A stretch of DNA of 64,000 nt from Acutalibacteraceae bacterium. Lineage in GTDB: Bacteria; Bacillota; Clostridia; Oscillospirales; CAG-272. Both the position numbers and the translations under genes were made by a program. Under the pieces are notes generated by a model. That model saw only the letters and a list, made by a program, of their open reading frames with translations. It was not told the DNA's origin and ran no database searches. Below are positions 61,750-64,000 of the stretch, piece by piece (positions within the stretch are counted from its first letter, which is position 1; each line of letters begins with the position of its first letter). The stretch spans positions 40,998-104,997 of the forward strand of contig CAVESF010000001.1 in NCBI GenBank assembly GCA_963618495.1, given 5' to 3'.

Positions 61750-64000
61750 ATGTTGGAGCTTAAAGGCATAGTAAAAAATTATGCGGCTGGCGACATGACG
61801 GTGAACGCCCTGCGCGGCATTGACCTGCGCTTCCGCAGAAACGAATTTGTTTCCATACTCGGTCCCTCGGGTTGCGGAAAGACCACCCTGCTCAATATCA
61901 TCGGCGGACTCGACAAATATACCGAGGGAGACCTCGTGATAAACGGCAGGTCAACAAAGGACTTCCGCGACCGCGACTGGGACGCATACAGAAATCACTC
62001 GATAGGTTTCGTTTTCCAGAGCTATAATCTCATACAGCATCAGACGGTACTCCAGAATGTGGAGCTCTCGCTCACGCTCTCGGGAATACCGAAAGCGGAG
62101 AGAAAAGCCCGCGCGATAAAGGCGCTCGAGGATGTCGGACTCGGCTCGCAGCTGCGAAAGAAGCCGACGGAAATGTCGGGCGGTCAGATGCAGAGAGTGG
62201 CTATCGCACGCGCACTCGTAAACGACCCGGATATAATCCTTGCCGACGAGCCCACAGGTGCGCTCGATACCGAAACGAGCCTGCAGGTCATGGAGATACT
62301 GAAGAAAGTCGCCGAAAACCGCCTCGTGATAATGGTAACGCACAATCCCGAGCTTGCCGAAAAATATTCCACGAGAATCGTGCGTATGCTCGACGGCAAG
62401 GTCACGGGAGACAGCGCGCCGCTTTCCGAAGAAGAGATAAAAGCCGAAGCGGCGGCAGACGAAGCGGAGCGCGCGAAATCAAGCGGCAAAAAGCGCAAGA
62501 AGAAGCCATCGATGTCGTTCGGAACTTCCTTCATGCTCTCGCTGAAAAACCTCTTTACTAAAAAGGGCAGGACAGTACTCACCTCGTTTGCGGGAAGCAT
62601 AGGCATCATCGGCATAGCACTGATATTTGCCGTTTCGCAGGGTATGACAAGCTATATAAGCATAGTTCAGGAGGAAACGCTCTCCTCCTACCCGCTCACG
62701 ATAGAAGCTCAGCATACGGATTTCGGCGAGCTGATGAAAGCTTTCATGTCGCCCGTATCAAACTCCTCCGGGCATGAAAAGGACGGCGTATATCAGAAGC
62801 CGTCGCTCTACGAATTTGTGAACGCGATGAGCAATATCGGTCAGCGCGAAAACGACCTGCGCGATTTCCGCAAGTATATAGAGAGTTCGCGCCTCGATAA
62901 AGAAACGGGTCTCGGGAAGACGCTCAGCGGCGTTCAGTACAGCTATGATTTCGATATGCTCGTGTATACCGAAAATGTGGACGGCAAGATAATCCGCTCC
63001 GATTCCGAAGCACTCATGAAGAAGCTGATGGCTAAATTCTTCGGCAGTTCCATGATGAGCGACAGCTCGTCATCGGGAAATACGGGCATCTTCTCATCGC
63101 TGACATCGGGCGCCTCTTCCTACGGAATGTGGCAGGAGTTGCTCGGCGGCGACAACGGAAGTCAGATAGGCTCGCTTCTCGAAAAGCAGTACGATGTGAT
63201 ATACGGCTCATGGCCGGCAAGCTATGACCAGATAGTTCTCGTCGTCGATAAAAACAACGAAATAGACGATATCACGCTTTATTCTCTCGGACTGAAATCC
63301 GAGGAAGATATAAATAAAATTCTCGAAGCGGCGGCAAGCAAGACCGAGATTCCCGTGGAAACGAAAAAGTGGACATATGAGGAAATCTGCGGCATGACCT
63401 TCCGCACTGTTCTCTCCTCCGATTGCTATGTGAAAAGCCAGAGCACGGGACTCTATACCGATATGCGCGATACCGACGCGGGGATGCGCTATCTCTACGA
63501 TAACGGCATCGACCTCAAAGTCGTCGGCATCATCCGCCCAAAGGAGGACGCGCTCTCGCCCATGCTCTCGGGAAGCGTCGGCTACACACACGCTCTCACC
63601 GAATATATCATCACCCGCATGGCGGAGTCCGACGCGGTGAAAGCGCAGATTGCCTCTCCCGAAAAGAGCATCCTCTCGGGACTTCCCTTTGAGGAGAGCG
63701 CCGCAAACCTCACGGTAAGCGAAAAAGCGGAGAAATTCAGAACATATATCGCTGGGCTTGACGACGCAGGCAAGGCTTCTTCCTTTATTAAAATACAGTG
63801 CATCCCGCCTGCAGAAGTGCTCGACGCTTCCGTAAAGCAGATACTCTCCTCTATGACATACGAGCAGATGTGCGCACAGATGACGGCGGCAATGGCACAG
63901 GAAACGGGCATGAGCGAGGAGGAGATTTCCTCATATCTTGAAGAGATGGGTAAGGAAAAGCTGACGGCGCTCTTCACCGAGGCGATAACCGGGCAGGTCA
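61750..64000 (+). CDS. MacB-like ABC transporter, fused ATPase and FtsX-type permease (3' end beyond the window)
   Basis: Own translation from ATG 61750 (GAAGGAGG upstream) gives MLELKGIVKNYAAGDMTVNALRGIDLRFRRNEFVSILGPSGCGKTTLL. A lysine-rich linker and the TM segment VLTSFAGSIGIIGIALIFA follow at about 62560-62640. I spot-checked parts of this frame by hand and it appears open to the window end. Absent from the ORF track, presumably because no stop falls inside the window. Confidence 0.85.
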   Translation, partial: MLELKGIVKNYAAGDMTVNALRGIDLRFRRNEFVSILGPSGCGKTTLLNIIGGLDKYTEGDLVINGRSTKDFRDRDWDAYRNHSIGFVFQSYNLIQHQTVLQNVELSLTLSGIPKAERKARAIKALEDVGLGSQLRKKPTEMSGGQMQRVAIARALVNDPDIILADEPTGALDTETSLQVMEILKKVAENRLVIMVTHNPELAEKYSTRIVRMLDGKVTGDSAPLSEEEIKAEAAADEAERAKSSGKKRKKKPSMSFGTSFMLSLKNLFTKKGRTVLTSFAGSIGIIGIALIFAVSQGMTSYISIVQEETLSSYPLTIEAQHTDFGELMKAFMSPVSNSSGHEKDGVYQKPSLYEFVNAMSNIGQRENDLRDFRKYIESSRLDKETGLGKTLSGVQYSYDFDMLVYTENVDGKIIRSDSEALMKKLMAKFFGSSMMSDSSSSGNTGIFSSLTSGASSYGMWQELLGGDNGSQIGSLLEKQYDVIYGSWPASYDQIVLVVDKNNEIDDITLYSLGLKSEEDINKILEAAASKTEIPVETKKWTYEEICGMTFRTVLSSDCYVKSQSTGLYTDMRDTDAGMRYLYDNGIDLKVVGIIRPKEDALSPMLSGSVGYTHALTEYIITRMAESDAVKAQIASPEKSILSGLPFEESAANLTVSEKAEKFRTYIAGLDDAGKASSFIKIQCIPPAEVLDASVKQILSSMTYEQMCAQMTAAMAQETGMSEEEISSYLEEMGKEKLTALFTEAITGQV

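Noticed and set aside
1-64000. I looked for CRISPR arrays, IS elements, integrases, recombinases, reverse transcriptases, toxin-antitoxin pairs, restriction-modification or other defence genes, inteins, and programmed frameshift sites.
   Set aside because: I found no spaced direct-repeat arrays and no ORF with DDE, tyrosine- or serine-recombinase, RT or nuclease-defence motifs. dnaE is uninterrupted. The only frameshift (38899) looks like damage rather than a programmed site.

Overview
64-kb chromosomal window that looks like a Firmicutes/Clostridia genome. glgD, whiA, ylmC/ymxH and CsoR-CopZ are present, and SD-type RBSs and TTGACA/TATAAT promoters recur throughout. All calls come from reading the ORF translations and the DNA by eye; no searches or folding programs were run.

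I support about 51 protein genes, one tRNA-Gln, and a set of promoters, terminators and operators. I see no rRNA, CRISPR array, transposase, integrase, reverse transcriptase or phage genes.

Most of the window is housekeeping:
- ispG-rseP-dxr-cdsA-uppS-frr-pyrH
- a DMT exporter-cysE-HAD operon
- a 10-gene co-directional glycogen/glycosidase array: glgB-C-D-A-P, GH13, a small lipoprotein, GH31, GH29 and an Fe-S protein
- a NitT/TauT-type ABC importer with a Crp/Fnr regulator
- murB-whiA-dnaE, feoAB, pnp-rpsO, fba and an acyl-ACP thioesterase
- a MarR-controlled heterodimeric ABC exporter
- copA-csoR-copZ with a clear CsoR operator
- an S1-domain protein, a GH78-like protein, tsf-rpsB, ylmC and a MacB-like ABC/FtsX fusion that runs off the right edge

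The only clearly accessory stretch is about 34.2-40.65 kb, between dnaE and a stand-alone tRNA-Gln. It holds three large regulator fusions and no obvious target genes:
- two divergently transcribed ECF-like sigma factors with long soluble C-terminal extensions (847 aa and 519 aa)
- a frameshifted MerR-GyrI-like protein with a tandem unknown domain

About 36.7-40.3 kb of this stretch is visibly AT-richer than its flanks. It ends in three decayed, inverted copies of the tRNA-Gln 3' half. This is my best candidate for something undescribed, but it is a regulator islet rather than an obvious multi-gene machine.

Other second-look items:
- an orphan promoter-terminator unit (candidate sRNA) downstream of dnaE
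- a strongly SD-led 25-codon sORF (with a CEC motif) heading the exporter-cysE operon
- an atypical T-loop in the tRNA-Gln
- several structured intergenic elements
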